This document shows positions 1 through 12,685 of a DNA stretch of 64,000 nucleotides, one piece after another (position 1 is the first letter of the stretch; the number at the start of each line of letters is the position of its first letter). The position numbers and the translations under genes are program-made. The DNA is from Ruditapes philippinarum (taxonomy: Eukaryota), in the NCBI RefSeq assembly GCF_026571515.1, contig NW_026853088.1, forward strand, positions 62,001 through 126,000, read 5' to 3'. The notes beneath the pieces were generated by a model that worked only from the letters and a program-made list of their open reading frames with translations, did not search any database and was not told the origin of the DNA.

Positions 1-1492
1 TTTTCATATATGATTATGTTTGGAAATTTATCTGAATTGAAGAAAAATACATAAATCACATAGACATTCCTAATACAAGAGGTCTGTATTAGACCAGCCT
101 CCACTTCATTCCCTAGATAAATTGAGAATAGGTTGATTCATTACATTATGACAATAATACATCATACCATAGATAGATATGAGCTTGAATTGATTCATTG
201 TTACAATATTAAAACACAACATTCCTAGTAATCCTGAACAGACCCCCCCCCCCCTTCCCGCCCATTTCGCCCCCTCCCCTCACACATTTATATAATAATA
301 TGTCATGAATTACAAGAAAAAACTTAAATTTATCTGGAGTAATGGACGGTCACCTTCATCTTGACCTTTGATACAATATATCTGCTAACAACATTTAAGT
401 AATCACTGTGAGAAAGTATATAAAACACCCTGCAAGCATGTGATTGAAAATTTTCCAAATGTCATCATGTTATAGTAATGTTGCAACCTTGACTTTAACT
501 CTACTGTGCTGTACATTTTCTCAGCCCTTTTTTCCCCCTTATTTTTTTACTTTTCAGGCAAATTGAAGCATTCCCAGTGCCTAAACATTTGGGTTTTTTT
601 TTCCCCAAATTCAGAAGCATCAAATTCCCAATAAACAAGTCTGCATTTTCATTAACTAACAAATTGTTACAAAAAAATTTCTGTCAATAAAAAACTATTC
701 CTTTATTCAAATAAGTTTTCTTTAGTTTCTATTGGTTACTGTAAAATTCCTATTTCTTTTTTTCCTTTTTCAAAAATACAGTACACAATAAAATATAAGA
801 CAATCAACTGTCAAAATCATACATCAAATAATTTCTTCAGACAAAATGTTTAATCTAACAAACAGCACTGAGCAAATAGGACTGTCATAGATAAAAATTG
901 TTGTATTGATATGTACATCAAGTATTAAAACAATGCAACAAACTATATAATCCAATCAAATGTGAAATGTATTAAATACAATGTAGAAAAGATCATAAAA
1001 AATATCATATCTAATATTGGATATGTTTGGTTTTTTTGGGTTGTTTTTTTTTTAAACAAGGTGTCAAAGTCCTCTTTGAATAAACAACATTACACAATAT
1101 AAGCAGTAAAGGCTGCTTACTTTGCACAGGCGAAAGAGAATTTTAATTAACAGCAAATAGAAGCAAAAATTCATGTTAATTTATATTAAGTTTACTTATT
1201 GCATAAATGAAAGATTATTAATTAAATTGATATGTTAAATTGCTAATCATAATCATATCTATACCAATGAGACCTGACAATACATTGATATTTTGACTTT
1301 CACTGACTGGACAATCTAAGAACATTTCCACCTTCTTTTGGAAAAAGTTATTGCTTTAATGAGGAAAAATTTATGTGGGATTCTGGGAAATTTTAGTAAT
1401 TAATTAAGTTAAAAAACTTTATGACTCTCAAGTTTTATTCATGTTAATTGTCATATCACCTGTAAACACTTCAACACAGTTCAATTTTTTTC

Positions 1493-1539
1493 AATAACCT
1501 GATGAAGGATATATCTTACCCGAAACCGGTAGTGATATT
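1493..1539 (+). ncRNA. Minimal type I hammerhead ribozyme motif (Penelope-like-element type), possibly degenerate
   Basis: Core CTGATGA at 1499-1505; stem II GGATA/TACCC (one A-C mismatch); GAAA at 1522-1525; palindromic ACCGGT stem III; GTA cleavage triplet ending at 1531; stem I AATAAC pairing with GTGATATT (2-nt bulge). Confidence 0.55.
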
Positions 1540-1999
1540 AAATATATAAACCGACCTGGTGTTTTTGATGTGTTGTTCCCCTCTCCCAATCTTTTAATCT
1601 AAAACTTGAAATAGTTTGATTTTTTTCCCCACTGTTTGGAGGATTTTAAAAATGAGAGGCTATTTTGTATTGGGAATAGGACCTGTAATATACCCTACAC
1701 GTATGTATACCTTACCTTCTTTAAATGAAGGGTATAATGATATTCATGCATTTAAATGAAATATTCCTCTCAGTCAGTCACTCTGACATACAGCATACTA
1801 AGTCTAAGTGAAATTCTTAAACATTTTTGGTTCAATATTACGCACCATGTTGAATGTCCATGTTGAATGTCCGTGCTGTTCATACAAAACATACTGCCAA
1901 ACCTTAACGAAAAAAGGCAACTTCTGTCAAATTCAGCATAATGGTTTAAAACTTGTAACTATTGTGTTACAGTACATGTATAATCTAAACAATACTCAC

Positions 2000-2163
2000 T
2001 TGCTGTTAGCCGGCTGGGTGCTGATACTTAAAGTAATTGGTGTGGTCAGGTTTGAGATAGGAATCTGTTGTGACAGTACGGCCGACGTTATTGGTGACAA
2101 TTGTTGCGGAACATCATCATAGCCCGATGATGGTACAGTTGATGTGACTATTGACATTTCCAT
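2000..2163 (-). CDS. First coding exon of an unidentified Ser/Thr/Pro/Gln-rich protein; gene continues off the left edge
   Basis: Acceptor tttcag before 2235; in-frame upstream TAG; ATG at 2163; MEMSIVTSTVPSSGYDDVPQQLSPITSAVLSQQIPISNLTTPITLSISTQPANS; strong donor AA|gtgagt at 2000/1999; GC content higher than the flanks. Confidence 0.6.
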
Positions 2164-5100
2164 GAAATCTACGATATCGATACAACTACTGCTTTTAGAT
2201 ACCCTGGCGCATTTCTAGCTTCCGATACAGACAATCTGAAATATTACAATTCTCAGGTTAAAAGACTAATTAAGTACATAGAGCTTTGAAAATGATGAAG
2301 TACATATACTGGTTATAAGAATAATGTTGCCTACATTTACAATTGTATGACACTATTTTTTTTCCGACGTCTACAAATTTATACTCAGTATTTTACTTCA
2401 TATCACATACATTATTGCATATCATATTCCATCACCTTCCATTAAAGTTCACAGCTTTTTATGTATGACAATAGCATCATATAACAAAGACATGAAAAAG
2501 CATTTCATTAAAATTTATTTCCTGTTCTGATTCAGACAAAATTATATAGCTTTGGATTTAAACTATTTGTCAACATGATGATTATAGAACCACAGTATTT
2601 GAACAAATCTACTTCCTGTTATCACCAGAAAGTTTCAAGCTGAAATATATAGGCTCCAAACATGGGACCCGGGTGCAGTGATCGGAAGTAACACATGATT
2701 GAAATTGCAAGACAGGGTACACAAAAGAATTCTTTAGGCCCGCAAGACAGCCTGGGTACAGTGATTTCCTTTACATGTATATACTGTGAAAACTGCAAGG
2801 ACTTACAGGGTTTGAGGTTTTTGTTGTTGTTTTTTTCTCAATATTTCTGCAGCATGACCCATACCTTAGGGATTGGGAATTTTGGGCAAAATTTGTCACT
2901 TGAAGTTTAGAAACATTCTGTAATCACAGCTGAAACAAATGTCTTTACTGATTTTACAACAAGAAACACTTTTAGTACCAATTCTATGTTTTTAACGAGA
3001 ATTTTAATAAAAAGATACCATTTTCCAGTAAGAATATAACCACATTTATGGTATCTCATTTATAACCCTAGCCCAGCTAAGTAAAAAAAAATGCTTCAAA
3101 TTCTATACCTGTAACTAAGTTACTAACATTTATGCACTTAATTAAGCATGCCTACTATATAAATCACTTTAATTATATGACTAGAAAAAGTGTTAAAACC
3201 ATGGCATTTGTAATTAATAAGAAACCATCCGAGATAAAACCCCATTTTACTTTTATTATAAATGCTAATTATTTGACCATCTCAAAACAGCAAATGAAAA
3301 ATTAATAACTGTTTAATACAATTTTTCCAATGTGATGTATACAAATCATCATTCGGCCTATCTCCTAGATTTAATTTTATGCGGCTGTCAGTTAAACTTA
3401 ACTGTACAAAGTGGACAGTAAAACAAATGAGAATTTAATTTCTCATTTGACAGACAAGTATTTTCATCAACGTTTACCAATGAGTTACGGCATTTCTTGT
3501 AATCACATGGTCGCATAAAATATAAATATGCACACTTTAACCTTTTGAGCGTATTTAAAGGAACAGAATGTGACTAGTATCATTCTGACATGGGTTCTAT
3601 ATAGATGTTTGATCAATCTAAGAGGACAAAAGTGTAAATCCCCGAACAAACCATGGCCAGTTTTTTAAAAAAGAACTGAGTATGTCCAAGCATTATGTGC
3701 CGGAAGTACATGTGTATGTCATAATGTGCTGTAAGACTTATAATGTTAAAATGTCTTCTGACTCAATTGAAAAAGAAAAGAAAACAACCAGAACCAAGAG
3801 CCACCAGTGACCTCTTAGCATGTGCCACACTTGACATTATTATTTCTAAAGTTAGACACATCTGAGAAAGAATAACGTAATAAAATATTACTCCTAAAAT
3901 ACTTTATTTTCTTGTTACAAAATATAACTCAAAGTTCTTATTTGACATTGATGCTCAAGGTCATCCAAAAGTTGAGGTCACATTTGAATTAATCATCATG
4001 TTCTTTGTCATAGAATACATGAAAATCAAATCAATAAATAATATACATGTACTAATAATATATAAGAAAGTCACTAGCAACACTTGATGCTGACATTTAC
4101 CATCTTATAAACATGTGAATTTTCATTATACCATTTTGAGAATACGGTTTCAGACATGGATGCGCAGTATTACCAGTAAACCTGTTACTGTCAGTGTGGT
4201 AAAATGACCCATAATTCATGATTAATATTTTTAATAAATTCAGTTTTGTTGACAATTTAAGGTCATTGTCATCAAACAATATATAGCTGGACAACACAAA
4301 GGTAAGACTAGGGTGGAATATTATACTGGTTAGGGACCATCAACTGGACAATCTGTGAACATTTTTCCTTACAAATTTCATGTTAGAGCAGGTAACCTAA
4401 CAAGTACATATATGTTCTTCACCAAACTAACGGAACAGTTTGCTTATTTCTGATTATGTTGACAATCTTATGTGATGCCCATGATGGGGAGTAAATTGTT
4501 TTCACTACAGGAAGAAATATGCCTTTATTATTGATAAAAAGCAACTGATTGATCAACAACCACTGAACAAAGACATAGATGCCAAAACGTCTCAGAAGTC
4601 AGGGTTTCTTCCAGAAATCAAGTGACTGCCATGGAGACATCCCCTGGCCAGGAATGATTTAATAAAAAGAAATCTCAAGTAAGTATGAATTATTCTAGCA
4701 TGCAAATATCATTGTCCCCAGTATAGTAATACACAGGAATTGATGACTCTAATCCTTTAATTGGTAAATCTATGTGGCCCCTTCAAACAAACAATTATCA
4801 GCAATGCTTTAGATCAATTAAAAGATTAATTGTTTACCCCTTGTGGCTTGCTGGGTGAAGGTGTCAACAACTGTAATTAAAAACTAGCCAGCATATATTG
4901 ACTCCACATTAAAGCACTGACTGACTTCAATTAGAGCTTGTGTACCATGAAAATCACTGCTTAAATAACATGATGTAATCAAGTCTTCAGTAATCTGCAA
5001 AAGTTTTAGCTATTTCAACCAAAACCTCTGGCAAATTGTCCATGCTTAAAAAATAGCATTTTCTTATTCATGACTTACTGAATTTATAGATCTAATTTAA

Positions 5101-6116
5101 TTACTTTACAAAAAAAGATAGAAAAATGCCGATATTTTTAGTATCTTGTCCGTTTTAAGTTATTGTAATATTTGCAAGTTGTAATTATATTGATTGATAA
5201 TCAAGGTTATATGCCACTAGTCATGCTAGTTATGCAAATTTACGAAACAATTAGCATGCTGATCTCCAGGAAAAAGTGACCGGAAAAGCAGTCTAGAAAT
5301 AATGGCATGTATTACAAGGAAAAACAAGTGTTTTGGGGGCTGTCTGGTTTTGGTGGTTTCCAACCCGTACCATTGATATAAATTATCAGAGTATTTTGTA
5401 AATACATACATGTACTCTGGCTCTACTTTCTGAACAAGGACAACGTAATTTCATTTTTCCATTCCAGATTTGATCAGCACCGCTGCACAGTAAAAAAAAC
5501 TGATCAACATCTGTAAAAAGTACTGATGTTGTGAATATATCCTTAAGTCTTAACATATTTATCACTCAGCAGATGCCTACATGTAGCTAGATATTTGCAC
5601 TGAGATATTTTTTAACAATGACAATGTCAAAATTACAGGTAATCAAGCACAAATTTCTGTTTTACTGTTCAGTTTTGAACATGCCTAATTTTGTTTGTGG
5701 TAAATTTACAGAGAATAACCACTTTATTATCAGATTATGGTCAGTTGTTATGCCAATGTGTTAACATGTTAGAAATGTAGGCCTACTTGTTCCACATTTG
5801 GTCATACGTAAAATAATTTCAAAAGTAGATATCTACATTATCTTGTATTTTCTTAACTATTCAGCAATACAATGATTTTAATTACCTACCGGGGGCAGAT
5901 AACGACTTAATCTGTTTACGAAAACATAATTAGATCTATGACTATATAAATCTACATATATAAGTTCACTCTGACAGCGAAAACATTTGAGAGAGAAAAA
6001 AAAAACAATTTGTTTTTTATTATTTACGCAATTTTTTAAAATATGTCAACATTTGCATCAATGCGACAAAGATTTGCTTGTTCAAAAGCACAAAAGATAT
6101 ATAAGTTTTTCCTCAC

Positions 6117-6205
6117 CTGGTAGGGTATTGTCAGCAAATAAGTTGAAAATAATCCTAAACGTACATGCGTTTACAAAATGGATACACAACGTAACATCCG
6201 GGCAC
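6117..6205 (-). promoter_or_regulatory. Putative non-coding first exon / core promoter of the left-edge gene
   Basis: Minus-strand donor CAG|gtgagg at 6117/6116 and an ETS-like CCGGATG motif (catccgg, about 6195-6201). The link to the 2000-2235 exon is inferred only. Confidence 0.3.
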
Positions 6206-7309
6206 TTCTATTCTCATTTAGGTCAAGGTCGATAATATGTGATCAGCGCATGTCACTGTGCATTTTTACAAACATCAGGTATTACATAGCAATATTTTGA
6301 AAAAAGACTATATCATCTTTGCAAAACAATACAAAAATGTCGTTTTAACTGCATTTAGTCCGCAAATAAGTGATATTAAAGGAAATAGCTTGACCTAGAT
6401 AGTACCACAAAATATGGAAGTCCAAATTCGTCAAAATTATCTAACAGAACGTTCAATTATCTTTGCATTATTTGCATTATATGTAGTTTTAAACACAAGT
6501 TTTGCTAGTTCTGTCAATTCTATGGAATGAAAGGTAAACTATATATAAAAATATACTATAAATTAAGAGAAGGCCGGAAACTCCAGATTCCAGTTTACGA
6601 GCAAGGGGTTCATTTGTTCATTTCATAAATTTTAAAGCAGTAAAGCAACATTTAATACCTTTTCGCACGGCGTTAATAAAATTATCCCAAAAATATTCAC
6701 ACTCAAACATATGGTGCTTATAAGCAAAAGTTGCATGAGGAGTATACATTGAATAAAAACAGCACTTGTAGTCCTTTGACAAATAGAGGATTTTTGTTCG
6801 TTTTTAGTGGATAGTGAATAGGAATGTATATCTTAGAAGTTTTTTTGCAACAGAGCGCATTTAGCGTGAGTGTATGGACATTTATTTCACACCTTATCAA
6901 ATATTACCAAAGCACTTTTAGCATTTGCACCACGCAAAAATCATAATTGGATCAACTCATCATTTAAGCCTCGTTTTCATATTCAGAATCCAAAACGTCC
7001 ATATCAAATCCCACCCCATATAGATTCGTTTTCATTTTTAAAGTCCCAATTTTCTGTATCAAATGCATATCGTACCCATCTAGCCTCGTTTTCATTTGTA
7101 GACTCCAATATCTATAAGATTTATCAAATTCTTATTGTATTTGAGGTAATAAAGTTTTGTCAAAAATATGTGTGAAATAAAGTCTTTTAACATGGTTTGA
7201 AGAATACTGAATCTGTTGGCCTCGTATACAGCTGCAAAACCTATATCAGACTTATATTTCAGTTGCACTCAACAGTGTATAATAACCTCTAAGTATTAGT
7301 TTAATAATA

Positions 7310-7787
7310 ATATCTGTCATATGTTGCGGTTCGGACCGGAATATCCGTCCCGAGGGGACCCGCCCATTGGGCGGTAACGAGGCTTGCCGAGTTACCGCCC
7401 ATGGGCGGGTTCCCGAGGGACGGATATTTCGGTCCGAACCGCAAACATATGTTAGATATTTTTTCTTGCATATTCTGCCATATTATTTCATATTTAAAAT
7501 GGTTTACATCATTATGATATATGTTTATAGAAATTAAAGTCATTTCATCCATAACTATTTTCTTACAATAGCGTATGAACTTACAATTTAAATAACAACG
7601 GCGAAATGACGTCATCCTAAGCACATATTTCCCTTCTAAAACGACGTCATTTTAACGCGGTTCATTCATAAAGTGCGCTAAAATGACGTTGTTGTTTGGC
7701 ACGCGACTCATCTGGCACCCCCCATGCCAGATGAAATTTCCGGCATGGGTAAAACTCACGGAAACGCCAGTCTTCTATGCAAGAATG
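7310..7787. mobile_element. Non-autonomous element with a long GC-rich terminal hairpin (superfamily unassigned)
   Basis: About 150-nt near-perfect hairpin at 7310-7458 around the loop GAGGCTTGCCGA; TTCTTGCAT (7463) is inverted relative to ATGCAAGAA (7778); a second, degraded copy lies at about 51570-51938. Confidence 0.7.
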
Positions 7788-9472
7788 TATGGTCCTTGCC
7801 ATCTGTACATGTATTTTCTTTCCATACTAACTAAAAACAAAACACAAAAATTGCGTCTCAATCTATTTTTCTTTAATCTAGACAAGTTACCAAAAATTAA
7901 CGCCAAATAACGTAAGTTTGATAGATTTGATGTCATGCAAATCTTTATCTCTTATGTGTTCATCTTTGGATGGTATATTCCTGAAAGAACGGGAGCTAAA
8001 ATTCTTTCATGCATATTCAGGATTTTCTAGTATCCATGTATGCACCGGTGCTAAAATCTCGTGTAAGACAAGACGATGTTTTCCGGTGTCTTTAATGAAC
8101 GAATTTACGTGTTATGGATAACATCATGTCGGATCATTTCGCAATAATGAATGAAGACAAGTCGTAAGTTCTTCATTCACTTCTGCATTGCTTTTGTTTT
8201 AGTTACTAGTATATGTACATTAAATCGCGCGCAGAATTTTTGCTGTTAGTCTAAATTGGAATTAATATTCTCTAAGTTTGGACATGATGCATTTATAAAT
8301 GCTTTGAAACAAATGGGATTCGTCGGATAATGCTTTTCTTAATGAAATATCGAAATATATTAATTTTCACTGAGCTACACGTCACGTGTTGTTGTACAGG
8401 ACTTAATTACGCCTGAACCACTCCTACTAAAACAGTGGCTCTTACATTTTGTTGATCTGTTTCATTAAGACAATAAGAGTCCTGAGAAAGGTAAACACAA
8501 TTTATATATGCTTAAGCAAGGTGAATTGAACGCATTTAGGGGCCAAAGCAAATCCAACGATGACAGGGACCGGAAGAATGTAAAAACAGTACTGTTTGAA
8601 GACACATTTTGCCCCCAGAAACAAATCCATTTTTCCTTCTTAAGAAAGGGTAAACATGAGTTTTATAACATTAAAGTAGCGCTCAGTGTGAAATTATTTG
8701 TTATAAAAGTAGCAAAATGTAAACAAAAGTAGTCTTCCTTACAAAATACTAAATCACTGTAACTGTACTAATAGCTAAGATATAGCTAAGACCACAACTG
8801 AAGAAGCAAAATATGGTTCAGGTAATTTGCTAATGAGTAGCTTTTGGAACCTCTAATATGACATAAAAAATCTTTAGAGAAATAAAAATAAAGTCATTTT
8901 GGGGCATAATGGACCTTTAAACCCAACACGTGAGAGAGAGAATACAATTAAACAAGCGGCAGAACTTGAAGAAGAGGTTGCACACCTAGTTCAAGCGAGC
9001 GAAATAGTTGCCAGTTCGACAAAATGGTTACCGAGTTATGGATATTATTACGATCGCACGTATTTTCTCCAGGTAAGTGGTAGTGTGTTATTTTAAAATT
9101 TTTGAGTGCCCATTCATTCAGGCAATGATTATGGCACACTCTGTTTTAAGTTTCAGCTTCCAAGCTGAATATCAGATGCATTTTTTAAGTGTGACGTAGC
9201 CCAAAATAAAAAAAAACTGCTGACATGCATACATTTATTTTACTGTTTTTGCCGAACAGCATCGGAAACTGTTTTTCGTAACGCCACATAGTCCTTGTGT
9301 TGCAATGTTCATGGTGATTAATTATGCAGTTTTACATAAGTATACTTTCATTTCGGATTTATGCTAGTCTGCCTATTGCAACTTCAGTTAAGCTATTTGA
9401 TAATTTCACGTTAAATAGAAACATGCAACACGCGTAGTATGGATGTAAAACAGGAAAAATAATAAAATATAT

Positions 9473-9707
9473 GAGTCGCGTCAAGACAAAACCAACATAG
9501 TGCGTTTGCGACCAGCATGGATCCAGACCAGCCTGTGCATCCGCGCAGTCTGATCAGGATCCATGCTGTTCGCTTACCAACTCTATTACAAGTAGATAAA
9601 CTGATAGCGAACAGCACGGATCCTGATCAGACTGTGCGGATGCGCAGGCTGGTCTGGATCCATGCTGGTCGCAAACGCACTATGTTGGTTCTGTCGTGAC
9701 GCGGCTC
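9473..9707. mobile_element. 235-bp palindromic MITE, Sola-like termini
   Basis: Almost fully self-complementary; GAG...CTC termini; ATAT TSD; same-length copy at 55267-55501. Confidence 0.85.
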
Positions 9708-11598
9708 ATATAAAAGGCGGAGTAACGTTCACAGAATGCAGTCCTGACAAAACCCAGTCACAGTGGGACACCGCAAAGGCACCGACTAGGACAGGAGCGG
9801 GCAAAAAAGGCGGGACATGAAGTGGTCGTACCAACAAACGATAACAATTATGAGGATACATCGTAAAATGTCAAAATGGTAAAAGCAAAAAAGTAACACA
9901 ATTGTATAAAATTTTCAGAGAAATATCTGTGACTAATAAATATGATCTTCGTTGGATTTCTTTTTGAAGTTTTATATTTGACTAAAAATAGTAGGAATAA
10001 GTGTTGCAAAGGCTAAGCAATACTTACTCGTCGGGATACAATTGGGACACATCGACGATTATTCATAATCATCTCCGAGTTAAAACGGATTGAAAATAGT
10101 TCTACCACGTGACCTTTGATATATATAAAAAAACAGACGGTGTAGTCTTTGTATAATAAGTAACGAATGTATTTATTTAACATCTTCTATTTAGATTGAA
10201 AAATGTGTCCGACAACTAGAATCAGTTTTAAAATACACATTGACATTTACATATAACAATATGTAAAATAATGTCAACAGTTATATAATGGGGTAAAGTT
10301 ACCAACCTTCAGCTTTGCTTACTGCATGTATTTGGGGTTTGAAACCATATCCGTTCTGTGTAGCTATACTATCATGCGAAACAAGTCGAACGTACATCTG
10401 CGCGATGAAATAACCATTTGGAAAAACTTTATGGATATCCTAAAATACGGTTCAAGACAAAGAGAAAACACAAATTCCAGCTCAAATATATACCAAGACG
10501 TCTGAAGGAGCATTTCACATAAGAATGTCTCAAGCCAATCAAAAGATATAGTGCAGACACAGACCTTTAATCTTGCACGTCAACATCTGAAATATGGGTT
10601 GAACACTTTTTTGCATTGTTTCATTGAGGAAAAACATTTGACCAAAGTATGTCACAAGTGGTTAAAGATACAGAGTTTGCAATACAAATCATTGCTGACT
10701 CAAACTATTTCCACGGCCTCACTACACAACTCCACCATTTTGAACAATTCTCAAAGAAAATCGACCCATGGTACGAGCATACGGGTATCTGGTCTTCATT
10801 CTTGAACCCAAACGATTGCTGTCCATGCTTACTCATTGCCATATAGCAAATTCATGTACTTCTGAGAAGTTATGTGACCTCGACATTAAAGCGAAGGTTC
10901 CTGCATATTCAAACATTTGACTCAACTATAAATATCACTTTCATCATTACAGCGGAGGTAACAATACAAGTTACCCAAATCCTGGGTGATGAACATTTGA
11001 TCCAGGTATCACAAATATGCCTAAATCCAGCGATTCAAGAGTTGACCAAAAGAAGCTGAACAATATAATTTTTCCTTAAATGTGACATCGACTTTGAAGT
11101 GGGGCACATAAAATGTGATTTTATTTGTTGCCCTATCACGAGTCCTTTAATAGTTGGGGTAACTGGATACTTATAAGCTGACTACCTGAAATAATTGATT
11201 ATGCACCACCAAAGTATCATTCGATACAAAATATAAAGCCTACACCGATTTTAATCGTTACAAAAATGATGTCCGACAATATAATGTTCTTCATCTCGAA
11301 GCAAACATTTGCCTTACACATAAAAAAATGTTCAAGACAAAGAACGGACTGTGATTTCAAAGATGTGCATCCAAAATCTGGGTTCTGTCCGTTGCCTCAA
11401 AGAGATAAACTTCGACTCGATTTAAACTAGAGCTGCCACAGGAGTGGCAAACACCCTCAATCTGATCTCTATGACAATTATGTAATGCAATTTATCATTG
11501 CATGTGTATATTTGAAATTCACTGAAAAGTAAAGAATTTTTAGTGTAGACATATACAAAATGTTTGAATTTTGAGCTTCAAGGGTGACGTCGGCTCAG

Positions 11599-12010
11599 GA
11601 CCCGTGTTCACAAAGAAAAGATCAGGATCAGGACCAAGTGATCCTATTTTATTTTCATTGTATTATAGAACTAAAACTTATCGTATTTTGCTAGAAATTC
11701 GAAATGAAACAAAATGCTGATTTGCAAAGAAACCAACATATTTTTGGATAAAATCAAAGAATAACAGAACAAAAACAAAAATAATCGGATCAAAGTAAGG
11801 ATCAAGATCAATTTTTGGATCAACTGTAAAATGCCCGTATCTTGCAAAAATAATAAATTTATTCTAAAATTTCATAAAAATGCTACTTCAAGTCCAGTTT
11901 CATCAAGTATAAATTCAAATATCTAAATCTATACTTATTAACAATAGAGAATATTTTCGTTTTTAAATTGGATCCTGATCTTGATCCTTAAATCTTTGTG
12001 AACACGGGAC
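11599..12010. mobile_element. MITE, PIF/Harbinger-like
   Basis: TIR core CCCGTGTTCACAAAGA / TCTTTGTGAACACGGG with subterminal GATCAGGATC repeats; 3-bp CAG TSD; inserted in an older degraded element spanning about 11425-12600. Confidence 0.7.
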
Positions 12011-12685
12011 CAGGAGTCTGGGCAAGTTTTAGGGGCATTATGATTTATAGAACTGACAAGTGTCTGATCTTTGACCGTGAAGGGTGACCTTGACCATGCA
12101 AAGAGGCGGCAAGGGTAATTCGCAAACCACCTTTTTCAGAGATTTATATTACAGCAGAGATCAAAGAATTCTTGAAGGGGTATATATGGAGACAACAAAA
12201 TGGTCTGATAGACGACCTTCAAGGAGACATTTACATCAATTTGGCACTTGGGTCGCATAGTTTTTATAATTATTTCACATTACTTGTCCCTCTCTTTTCA
12301 CCGCCCTTATGTCCACTCCCGGTTTTGGTTTGGTGCCTTCTGGGTGCCCAGCTCTGGTAGTTTGGGTGTGTCAGGAGCTGCGTCCTGGGAACGTTACCTT
12401 TGCCTTGTGGATCTTCATTCTCGCTTTCCTTTTGCACATTGCCTCGTCAAAGTGACAATTTTAGCAAAGTTTGAGGGGCAAGCGGACGAAAAATTTATTT
12501 GACCCCAAAGCTTGACCTCGACCTGGAACAGATCTGCACATAGGCTTGTCTAGGTGAACATTTAAAGCAGACACGATGGCGACGTACTGACGCTTGAGTG
12601 GTTCCCGTATTGAGAAATGGCAAATCCACATCATGTGAATGTGGGTATGATTAAAATCCTTTCAGGAAAATCAGGTGATAAAAAG

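Noticed and set aside
1808-2122. 104-aa plus-strand ORF
   Set aside because: Antisense shadow of the minus-strand exon 2000-2235; GTG start and no recognisable domain.
4555-4600. Second hammerhead-like string (CTGAACA...AAAACGTC)
   Set aside because: Two invariant core nucleotides (G8, G12) are altered and the stems are weak; at best a dead relic.
9517-9699. MDPDQ... ORFs here and at 55311-55493
   Set aside because: Products of the palindromic MITE, not genes.
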